A DNA stretch of 60,361 nucleotides, counting the filler, from Aduncisulcus paluster (lineage: Eukaryota), in the NCBI GenBank assembly GCA_024181965.1. It is 4 parts of 4 records of this genome, joined end to end, with 100 filler letters (N's around TTAATTAATTAA, not from the genome) between each part and the next. Parts side by side here need not be neighbours in the genome. Positions count along the whole stretch, not along the records: positions 45,128 to 60,361 come from BQXS01010923.1; 3 more parts are not named here. The stretch is one strand, 5' to 3'. The stretch's first letter is position 1. The number at the start of each line of letters is the position of its first letter. Position numbers and translations under genes: made by a program. Positions 45,028-55,700 of this stretch are shown here, in pieces. The notes beneath the pieces are model-generated. The model did no database searches, was not told the DNA's origin, and saw only the letters and a list, made by a program, of their open reading frames with translations.

Positions 45028-45127
45028 NNNNNNNNNNNNNNNNNNNNNNNNNNNNNNNNNNNNNNNNNNNNTTAATTAATTAANNNNNNNNNNNNNNNNN
45101 NNNNNNNNNNNNNNNNNNNNNNNNNNN
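45028..45127. other. Artificial scaffold-concatenation spacer
   Basis: N44-TTAATTAATTAA-N44. Confidence 0.97.
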
Positions 45128-46630
45128 CTTTAATTTTCCTTTCTTTTTCTTTCTCTTTCTCCCTTTCTTTCCCCCTTTCTTTTCCTTGTTGAATCATTCG
45201 ATCTTTTGATTTCTTCCCATCTTCGATTTTCTGATCATTTTTAATACTTTCATTCTGGGCCTTTGCAGCTTCCTGAGCGATAGACTTGAACTGGTTCCGC
45301 ATTTTTTCCCGCCTTTTCTCGGGAATTCCGAATGTATAGAGAGGGTAATGTATCAAAGCTATGAGAACAGGGAGACGGACAAGAACACGGGATACAAGAT
45401 CATGCGAAAAAACATATAAGGAAGTTCTCGCCTCGTCTTCATACACAAGCTCAAATTCAGACTTTTCTTTTTGTGTTGAACTATCTTTAGATTTTGAGAA
45501 AGAAGAAGACGATGCTTTAACTTTATCTGCAGAAGGACGTAAAGAGCACCCACAATATTGTCTTGTAAAGATGCGGAAGTCGTTCAGAGTCCACTTTGTC
45601 ACAGGACAAATACAATCCTCCACATCTTCAATATTCTTTGAAGCAAGCTTTTTCAGTTCTCGTTCCACTATCTTGGTCAGAGTCATAAAAAAGGTGGAAA
45701 TAAAGCGTTGTGAGCTAAAGGAGCTCGAGAGATTAGAACGGAGGGTTGAAATGACCTTTTGAGGCGGGATAGAGTGGAATAATCGTTTCCAAGGATCGTT
45801 TGGCGGCTTTAATATTCTTTCAAGGTCGCTGTAAAGAGATGAAGAGGACTCAGTAGATTCATCTGAACTTGAACTCACAACATCGCCTTCTGACAATTCT
45901 GAGGACGAGGAATCTGACCTTTCTTCTTCTTCAGAGGATTCATACGAGTAAGAGTTGTCTGGATCAGATGATTCTTCCTCGCTATACTCTTTTTTAGGTA
46001 TTTTAGAGTGAGAAGAACCAGAATTAACAGATTCGGACCTTTCTTCTTTTTTCACCTTTATCTTCTGCTCTTCTTCTTCTTTTTTGACTTTGATTTTTCT
46101 ATATTTTCCATCTGGATCGTCAACAATAAGTTTGATACCACCAATAGAACATTTGTGAGAGAAGACTAGTGTCATACTGGTGCATTTTTCAAATGAAGGA
46201 AGCGTAAACTTCATCCAATTAATTTTGGACGACAATGGAATGAGTTGACATTTAAATTTTGATCGAGCTTCGGCATTAGTAAGCTTCAGAGAGAAATCCA
46301 ACTGGGTAGTAACTCTAATTTTGAGAAATAGATATTTTACAAATGATTGCGGGAAAGATAGATATATTTTAGAAGAAGTTACAAAGGAAAATTTTTCTTC
46401 AATCTTAGATTTGATATTTTGGCGAACGATTTTTTTTCCTGATGTACCTATAAGATTTTCAATACGATCGATGTGAAGATCAGAGAGTTTTCTATCAATT
46501 AACCAATCGGAAAGTCGAGAATGGAAAGCTTTACCCTCAAGAATGGAGATAGCTGATTGAAATTGTTAATTGGAGAATTGGAAGAGAATAATAGGAAAAT
46601 ATGCAACATCTTTAATTATAACATACCCAT
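45128..46630 (-). CDS. Hypothetical protein, 3'-truncated; start-codon intron 46553-46626
   Basis: ATG-G/GTATGT..ATTAAC..TCAG/CT gives MAISILEGKAF.., open in frame through the 46301 ORF. The N-terminal beta-rich region resembles the expanded repeat domain. Confidence 0.75.
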
Positions 46631-47149
46631 ATTAATTAATTCAATGTATTATAAGAATGATTAATCGTGCTATAGCCAGGAAAACAAGAATGTTTTTGGA
46701 TGGGAAATCATTAAGCTCAAAATCATATTTATCAATTAATTTATTAATGTTAAGAGAAAATATAAGTTGAATTTGGTGTGATACTATAAAAATAATCAAT
46801 TCTAAAACATGTTCCACATTTTCTAGAGATTGTTCATGGGCCACGGGTGGCGAATCATGAAATTCAAAACAAATCAAGTAATTCCCCGAATTATTTTATT
46901 TGGAAAATCAAATTATTTTTATATTAAAAATCCCTATTCAGGGAAAAATAAATATTTATTGTATTGAACTGGGACAATGAAAACGATATCGCCCATCTTA
47001 GTAATGCAGATTATTAACCCCAATCAAATCATTAATTTTTATTTTGATAAGAATTGGGCATTTTTGTGTTTCTTTTTGCGCTAAGTGTATTTTTTTTTGC
47101 AAAATATGAAGATAACTATTATTTTGTCCCATATTACGTTTTATTACTC

Positions 47150-48487
47150 ATGAGTCAACGTGTTCAAGATATTCCACCTCTTCCTCGACTTAGTTTCGAA
47201 CCTCAAAATGCAATTGAAGAACAACATGTGTCTCTTGAACCTCCACAAGCGCCTGAATCTGGAAGTAGATCATATTCTTCACAATCTTCTTATTATTCGT
47301 CAGGTATTTCCAAATTAGGGAAGAAACAAAAGAAAAAGAGAAGTAGAAAACCAACAATTCCCAAAGTTTATTCAAGGCATGAACGATCAAATGTTTTTTC
47401 TTTGGGTGAAGCACAAGATTGGTTGACAGTATTTTATGAGATGATGGAAGGATTTGTGAAGAGTCACGTTGAAATGCAACACTCTTTGGTAGAATTGTCT
47501 AAAAAACAAGATAAATTTATATCAAGAGTGGAAATGAAATTAAAACCCATTGCAAAGATTCAAACTGAATTGCGAACTGCTCTTGATGTCAAATGGCCGA
47601 CGCCAAGTCGTTTAATTCAAATGGAACACGCAATTAAGTCATTTGATTCTAGATTCACTCCAATTATCGAAAGAGTAATCATACGGCACATGGTTGCTTC
47701 TGAAACCAAATCATCACGTCATTTGGAGCTACGGGACTTTATTGTTGATGAAATCAATCCGAAGAATCCAGAGCTCACCGAGGAATTAGCCCTATATTTT
47801 CAGAAGCTCGATGCTTCGGATCGTGAGAGTATCATTGAATATATTGACAAGCGGGTTGCATCAAAGGTAAGAGGAGTCAAAAAATACACAAAAGAAACAC
47901 GTGTGACATGGTTGAAGAAATACGGAAAGCTTGGAATTTGGGATGATGCTATTATGGGCCCATGGGTGGAAAACGGTAGACCGGCAGGGAAACGTGGAAG
48001 AAGAAGAAAAAATGGAAAATTTGCCAGTGATAATGATGATGAAACAGATAAACCTGAGAGACAAGGTGATGAATTGCCCCAGAGCATTACCGATGATGAA
48101 GGGTCAGAGGAAGACGAAATAACGAATACTAAGCACACGAGTAGAAAAAAGGGTGTAAGTCTCGGTGAGAAAAAGAGAACCCAACCGAGAACAGGTATAA
48201 CTCAGCAATCTGGGAAGAGGAGGACGCGTGGAGACGATATTCTTGGAAAGGGAGAAGGGGAAGAGGAAAGCGGTCCTTTTTATAGCTTACCCTTGGAAAA
48301 GAGAAAGAAAGTCACCAACAACTATGAAGAGGGAGAGGACGAGGAAGAAGATCGTATTGACTTTGATAAGGATGATGAGGAAGAAGAGGAAGATGATGAG
48401 GAAGAAGAAGAAGAAGAGGAGGATGAAGAAGAAAGAAGAAATGGGAGCCTTTGGGGACAATTGGCAAAAAAATATCAGCGAAAGTGA
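47150..48487 (+). CDS. Transposon-borne accessory protein (basic patch, coiled coil, helical domain, acidic tail)
   Basis: Intact 445-aa ORF lying wholly between the TIRs; ATG at 47150. Confidence 0.75.
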   Translation: MSQRVQDIPPLPRLSFEPQNAIEEQHVSLEPPQAPESGSRSYSSQSSYYSSGISKLGKKQKKKRSRKPTIPKVYSRHERSNVFSLGEAQDWLTVFYEMMEGFVKSHVEMQHSLVELSKKQDKFISRVEMKLKPIAKIQTELRTALDVKWPTPSRLIQMEHAIKSFDSRFTPIIERVIIRHMVASETKSSRHLELRDFIVDEINPKNPELTEELALYFQKLDASDRESIIEYIDKRVASKVRGVKKYTKETRVTWLKKYGKLGIWDDAIMGPWVENGRPAGKRGRRRKNGKFASDNDDETDKPERQGDELPQSITDDEGSEEDEITNTKHTSRKKGVSLGEKKRTQPRTGITQQSGKRRTRGDDILGKGEGEEESGPFYSLPLEKRKKVTNNYEEGEDEEEDRIDFDKDDEEEEEDDEEEEEEEEDEEERRNGSLWGQLAKKYQRK

Positions 48488-48546
48488 AACCATAGCTTCC
48501 CAAAAAAATACTTGTTCAACTATTATCTGATTCAATTGAAATTTAT

Positions 48547-49250
48547 TTATTTATCCTTATGTTTGGGATTAAGAATCAATTTACAAAAAACGAAGTTATC
48601 GCTATCATTGAGTGGACAAACCACTGAAGAAATAGGAATAGATATGGTATCAGAACAATATGATGTCTTTTGAGTAAAGGCAGCAGCTGATTTAATACAT
48701 TCTGTAACTCGTTCTTCAGTCTTGTTGGGTTTAAAAAGAATAACCTGAAAGAGGCTCAACAAAGCTTTCATAGCTGCATCTAACATAATTGTTTTCCAGT
48801 TTGTATTGGAAAAGGGAGTATTGACCGGCCATATCCTGACACCAATAGAACTCATCTTTTTTTGGGCGAAGTTTTGTTGGTGGGATGGGACTTTTGAGCT
48901 GAAGGGCATCGATGGCCAATTGGGCAGCAGTCTTGTGGTACCGCTTATACCGCATAATTCCTTGTTGTCTATTCATGCTTCGCTCCCATGGCACACTGTC
49001 CAAATTTCTCATGCACCCATAGTTGATGATGGCCTCTTCAAAGTGTGCTGGGATAGCATGGAAACATAGAACAGTGGTGTTCATCGAAATTTAATCCTAG
49101 ATGAAATTTCTTGGGTATTTATAGGCTTTAGAGAGACTTTCCCATCAGTATTCAAGGATTATGAAATGAAGACTTTGGAAACTGATCCCAGGCCGCCTGT
49201 ATGACGTGTCTGGAGACCTCTGTTTTAAACCAAAAACTGAAGTTTTTCTG
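48547..49250 (-). pseudogene. CACTA/EnSpm transposase C-terminal remnant (frameshifted, middle deleted)
   Basis: FHAIPAHFEEAIINYGCMRNLDSVPWERSMN..AQLA matches the H..H....I...G.......(F/W)ER catalytic-Glu region. A +1 shift at the T run near 48733 joins it to the 48547 ORF. Confidence 0.72.
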
Positions 49251-49764
49251 AAAGAAAAATTTATATAGCAAAATATTACTTATCAAAAGGAAGTCTTTGT
49301 TTATTTCTTTTCGCACAAAGCAGAGTTTGCCGTCATATAAATAAAAAAAAAAAAAAAAAAAAAAAAGTATTCGATTCAACTAAGTATGATGCTAAAATAG
49401 TGTTTCGGACAGACATCTGTCTTAATAATATGTTAGATAATAAAATTGACTAATAATATCGTTATTAACGGTTAATATTACATACTGTTTAGGGTAGGAA
49501 ATTCAATCAAATATAGTAATTTTTATTAATAATTTTGATTATTTTGTAAAATAAAATATTATTAAGAATCAAATATAATATTATGATTAATATTGAAAAT
49601 TAATTTTTTTTATTGTTAATTGTTAATCTATTGGATTAACCCCGTCTGAAAAATTATTAATATTTGATCAATAATCCCGGCAGCCAAATAATCAATTTGA
49701 TTTTATTTGATTCGAAAAAAATTGCTCGCCACCCGTGGGCCGCTTTCCTATCTGAAATATCACC

Positions 49765-52700
49765 TCACTCAAGGCCAGAAAAGAAGAAATCACTGCTTCC
49801 ATTTAGTTCGAGAAATATTTTATACCTATATCCATCTATCGGGACGATATTCCAGACATCATGAATACGGATTCTGATCATATCTTTTTCATCAGAAGAA
49901 CACACTTGAACGTTCGGAACATATACACAATAGGCTCGAATAACATCATCAAGAAGCATAACGTTCACTACTCTGCGAACATCAGACTTGGAGACAGTTG
50001 GGATGAAAGAACATATTTTTCCAATGGAACATGAACCAAATCGGTAACAATTTGAAATAATTGCATTCCGAATTATTGAATTGTACAATCCATTATGATG
50101 TATTGCCCTTTTATGGAATAAATCCTCTTCTTCCATCTTGGTTTGAGAACCTTCATTCAAAAACATTGGAGAGAAAGGAGAAAGGGGATAAGAAGATGAA
50201 CATAACGGGTGAACAGCCGCCTTTGAGAAACCTGTGGACGCTGCTCCAGGCTTCCTCCCAATAAACTCACTTTGAACGTTGATTGAGATCATTTCAGTTC
50301 CATCTTCATACTGTTCGACCTCAACTTCCCTCCAATCATCCACCTGTTCAGTTGAAGAGCTTGATGGTGTCTTATGACGCCTGTGTGAGTGTCGATGCTT
50401 GGAAGAACTATCCTTCGTAGTATCGGTCTGATCTCCTCCACTCTCCAAAATAGTAGAAGTTGGTGTGGGTGGTTGTTCTTTTCTACTACGATGACGTGAC
50501 CCTCTTCCTTCTCCTCTCTTCATTTTAAGAAGTTCTTTAGGTCTAACCTTGACCATTTCTCCATCAATCCCACACAATCCATGCCAAAGGCCAAGATTGA
50601 ATGAAAGAAATGATAGTTGGGTCTTACCGGAGGCAGAATCAAAGCTGTCCAACGATGGTTGGGAAATATTTTCATTCGCGTGTTTCTTTAATTGACTCGA
50701 AGAGAAATGCCATTTTTGGGCAGTTCTGAATGTCCAAGCTCTGCTTTGAGCTCCAATGGCTAGAATAGAGCAGTGATAATATAGAAAACTAAGTATGGAA
50801 GAGAGTAAGAATTGACCATCAGAATCAAGAGGAATTGATGTACACAAGGATTTGATGGAAGAAACGTTTGAATACGCATCCACCAGATCTCCAGTATTGG
50901 GGGTAGAAGAAGTANNNNNNNNNNNNNNNNNNNNCAACGATGGTTGGGAAATATTTTCATTCGCGTGTTTCTTTAATTGACTCGAAGAGAAATGCCATTT
51001 TTGGGCAGTTCTGAATGTCCAAGCTCTGCTTTGAGCTCCAATGGCTAGAATAGAGCAGTGATAATATAGAAAACTAAGTATGGAAGAGAGTAAGAATTGA
51101 CCATCAGAATCAAGAGGAATTGATGTACACAAGGATTTGATGGAAGAAACGTTTGAATACGCATCCACCAGATCTCCAGTATTGGGGGTAGAAGAAGTAA
51201 AAGAGGTAAAAGGTAATGGATCGATAATATTTTTGATAGGGGTTGATATCTTTGAGGTAAGAGAAGAATGGAGGATTCCAGTTTCTCCAGATTCTATAAT
51301 TAGACCAAGAACAAGACAAATCAGTTGGAATAAGGAGTATGGGTTATAATTATAAGGTGGAGCTAAGAACCGAGAGAGCAGACGTGAAGAGGAAAGGACA
51401 GGAAATAGAGACAAAGTATCTTTGTTCAATTTAGCTATTTTTATAGGTTCTTCCTCTCTCTCTTCTTCTTCTTCACATTCCTTCTTCTCTTCTTCTTCTT
51501 CTTCTTCCTTTTCTATGGTTGTACCAAGAATATCCTTCCTTTCATTGAAAACACAGGCCAGTTCTTCCTCTACAGTTAATCTCACCTGAGCAGATAAGCT
51601 GAAAGAATCAAGACCACGCAGAGCATCACTGATGAAAGAAATCTGCTCAATAGTTGGTCTACAAACAATAAACGCTGGTTCCTTCTCTTTCTCTCCTCTT
51701 TCTTCCTGCATATCTCTTTCTTCCTCTCTTCTTCCTTCCTCATTCAATTCTATGATAGTTGGCACCATCCTTTCTTTCTCTTTTTGTCGATCGATTTGAA
51801 TTCTCCATAGTCTGACCTTTCTCTCTTCTTCTTCCACGTCATCCTCTTTTTCGTTTGTGGCACCCCATTCTTGGTGGGTCACAAGACGACGCACGCCAGA
51901 AGAAATCGTCAGAGGGAACTCATCGTTCTCAGTACTCGTTTCATTTGAGGTTGGTTTGTTTGATTTGGATGATAGAACTCTCCGCTTTCCGGCTGAAACC
52001 GAAGCTGAGGGTGACGAGACGGCATTTCCATCGGTTGAATCTCCTTGGTTAAGTATAGAAGACTGCTCTGAGCTTGTAGAGAGTGCTTTTTCATGGTTAG
52101 ATATGGAATTCCAAGATGTCACACGAATCCTTCCTCGCAAAAACTCGCAGATAACACCTAATGAAAATCCTTGTGGAAGGAAGGAAGCAAGAGGAATAGA
52201 TAAGAGATTGAAAACATTCTTTAATTCAGGAACTTGGACCAATGAGGTCTCATTTCTATTTATAGCATCTTTATGCATCTCTTGAGAAAGTTCTTCTGGT
52301 TCAGACATTGCGCCAAACATTATATTGGTACTTTCTTCGTCTTCTTCGTCTTCTTCGTCTTCTTCTTCGTCTTCATTCATATTGTATTGTGTAGTATATG
52401 ATTTTGATCCTTTGAATTGTTTCCTTAACAGACGTCTTGCATCCTTTCTCCTCTCTTTTCCATCAATTCCCAAGACCTCATCAAGAGCACTGGTATTTTC
52501 TTCCTCGGCCTCTTCCTTTCCATCAGTGATATCCATAGACTCATTGCTCCATATAAGCGAAGTACTGACCAAAGCTCCTCCGATGATAGTCGTTGGAAGA
52601 CAGAGTTTTAGAAGGGAGTTGGCATGGGAGGCAGTAATACAATGCGGAAGCATAGAGAGAGAAAGAGGAGTCGATTCTATCAAAGGAATGAGCATTGTGT

Positions 52701-55700
52701 TTGACTTGAGTGGGTTTGAGTCAGAAGTAGCGATTGTACGAGGGTATTTAATAGTCTTTACAGAGGAAGAAGAGATGGACGGATATGAAACACTCTTCTT
52801 CTCTCTCATGACTCCACCAAGACCCAAATACAACAGAGCATATGGAAAATCAATAGAATACTCAACATCAAGACCCCTGCAGAGCCTAGTAATCGAGAAA
52901 GGCGTGTAAGACATGTCAGAACATATTGATTCTCTAACAGCAATGCTCTCTCGGTATCTGCTGGCCAAAATAGGGAGACACGAGGAAATCGAATACAGAT
53001 GATGAGGTGAGGCATTGAGGGTTGAATGTGAGGCAACACAGGATAGAGAACGACTGAATCGGAGAGAAAACGGGAACACAACATGGAATACATTTGCTTT
53101 AAAGGTAGAAATAAGACGAATCATCGGAATCACATGCATATCGGGTGGAAATGTGGACACATCAACTTCTTCTGGTTCCTTTTCAGCTCCATTTCCTGAT
53201 GATTCCTTCGAGACAAAGATCTCTCGTTGTTTCCACAGAGTTCTAAGATCATTCGAAGTGACTCCATGATCTCTCAAAGAATTCTCCAATGAATTTACAA
53301 GGAGAAGGCTAGCGTATAATCTCTGAATAACGGGAGGTTTTACACGGTTCCGGAGTCGAGCTTCAGTTCGTCTGGCATTGACATATTTCCTTTCTTCTTC
53401 CATTTTTCTCCAGTCGGTAGAACCGTGGTGTTTGTCCACGCTTCTGGTTGAACGATAAGATAGGACTAAACGTAAAAATATTGCAATCAACGGAGGAATT
53501 TCAACAGCCCCTTGATGCAGAAAAGTAGACTCAATTGACAACAAAAGCTTGTCAATGATCTGTGTCAAAGCTTGATCTTCTTCAAACTCATTGATTTCCT
53601 GTTCTTCTTCGGCATCTGTTTGGAGTTGAGTCATTGAACTCACATTACTCTCTGTGGTGGTTACTGTTTCCTCAGTTGTCCTATCTTTCTCTCCTTCCTT
53701 CTCTTTCTCTTCTCTTTCTTGCTGCTGCTGTAAAGTTAAATCATGATCACCTATAACCATTTGCGTTGTTGTATTGCTGGCATGTTCTAATATTAGATTC
53801 CTTGTTGAAGGGACAACATCACTGAACAACGATGCAGTTTCTGGAAGGGTGATCGCATTGGCAGCAACATTCTTCGCAATTTCACGTCTCCTTTCAATTT
53901 TTCTTTGTTCTTCTTGGAAAGCCTGGCTTGAAGCCGTTTGGTTCTTTTCATCTCTTATTCTCTTTTCTTCCTCTTTTTGTTGAGCAACCTTGGCTCGTTT
54001 CTCTTTCATCTTAGCTTCCTTCTCTTGTCTTCTCTGTTCCTTTTCTTCTGCCTTTTCCTGGGCTGACATCTTATACATAAGCTCTGCCTTCTTCTTTCTC
54101 TTTTCAAGCAACGCGTCCTTCCTCTTCTTCTTCTTTTCCTCTATAGCTCTCTCCCTCTCTTCTCTTTCGCGAATATCATCAGAATCTTCACCAAGTGCTT
54201 CAATTTCCATGGTTCTATCATATTGGAACCAACGTTTCTTCCATTTTTTCATCTGATGGAACTTAATACCCGAGGACATCATTGGGGGAGTTGGGAATAT
54301 GGATGAATATATCTGATTGAGGGGCACAAATGAACGGAACAAAGATCGTGTCGATGTCACAATTACGTTGCCCTGATCATCCTTGGCAATGTCCAACTCT
54401 TCAATCTCTTCCCCTTCAAGAATATCTTCCTCTTCTTCCATTTCTTCTTCCTCATCCTCATCTTCAAGCTCTGCCTCTTCCTTGACATTATGAAGGTGTG
54501 CTTGATTTTGAAAGAATGAATTGGGATCATAAAACACTTTTTGAGCAACTTCCATTCCAAATATTTCCTTGAACCGGTCCTCTTCTTCCCACACCTTCTT
54601 TTTCTCAAGCTCCAATAAATGTGTAGCCTCTGTTTCATTTCTAGCACAAACCACAACTTTACCCACATCTCTGACGTCTTCAAACCAATCACGTCGGAGG
54701 AATAATTCCTTTAAGACCTGTGGGAATACATTGCTATTGGTACGAATAATGGCTGAATACGACTCAAAGTGACGATCCCTGACAATTTGAATGATTAATT
54801 GGGATATATTCGCACTCAGGAGAGCAAAAGCTTTGTCAACATCAGAGATGGAATGAATATCAACTATTTGTGGAGATATTGGAGGGATTGGAGGAACAGG
54901 GATTTGATCACGGCTTCTTGATTTGAGTTTGGCGTGCATTTCCTTGGGATGTTTATACCACCCTTGTCGTTTTAGCCAGACATTTTCCCATTCTTCTTCC
55001 CATTGTTTCCTTGAAATGCACATTATGACCTTTTCTCCATCATATAACATTGTTGGAACAAGAATTCGATTGGCAAGGACATACAAAATATCGTGATTGA
55101 TTGAATCTATTGGGAACTCAGCAAAATCATCCAACAAGGGGAGTGTTGATGCGCTAAGTCGATCGGCTTTGATATTGCCAACTGGGATTGCCCACCCCAA
55201 CTTGACCAACACAGACACAAATCTTAGGGTTGAACTATTATGGTGTGTAAGATGGTCATACCTTTGGATATTTGAAGGATGCACTGGGGGAAGTGTGAAT
55301 GAATGGGAACAAGTTCCGAATGGAACAGGATGTGGATTTGGAGAGAAGAGTAAAGGATGGTGAACAGGGTCGAGAGACTCATCGAACTCTCTCAACAATG
55401 GCCATTCAATAATATCGTGGAAACAAGCAGAGGAACATGCAGATGAGTTCATCACAAGTGGAGCAACTCCCAACTTTAGATGGGTATTTGCACGGACTTC
55501 AGATACACTCCAGGCTGCCGAACTACAGAATATAGGCACGGGAAGAGGTGAATAAGTACATAATGCATGAAGGTTACGAATATTCCAAGGATCATCAGAA
55601 ATAGTCGATTCTTCTTCCTCAATATCCATGGTTGCAGGTATCACATCATCGTTCATATCCAATTCCAAGGTGGGATCATAAAACTTAATAACATATCCTT

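Larger units (their letters stand above)
46842..49737. mobile_element. CACTA/EnSpm (CMC)-type DNA transposon, internally deleted, 2896 bp
   Basis: TIRs CACGGGTGGCGA (46842-46853) and TCGCCACCCGTG (49726-49737); 3-bp TSD GGC (46839-46841 and 49738-49740); internal transposase C-terminal motif. Confidence 0.82.

Noticed and set aside
9591-45127. Palindromic TTAATTAATTAA found three times within N runs
   Set aside because: Artificial 100-nt joiner. Genes on either side are not linked, so no synteny was inferred across it.
49160-49252. Possible box C/D snoRNA or SECIS (ATGA..CTGA motifs and a hairpin)
   Set aside because: The boxes are non-consensus, there is no selenoprotein ORF upstream, and the segment is better explained as transposase remnant on the - strand.
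46842-49737. ProtoRAG/Transib interpretation (CAC termini, tail-to-tail ORFs)
   Set aside because: The TSD is 3 bp rather than 5 bp, there are no RAG1 core or kelch-like RAG2 features, and the transposase motif is EnSpm-like.
6197-51199. Exact 180-300 bp direct repeats flanking 20-N gaps (6406, 15933, 24901, 26325, 28012, 50915)
   Set aside because: Identical copies always straddle a fixed 20-N gap, so they are unmerged contig overlaps, not biological duplications. They also cause false gene splits.
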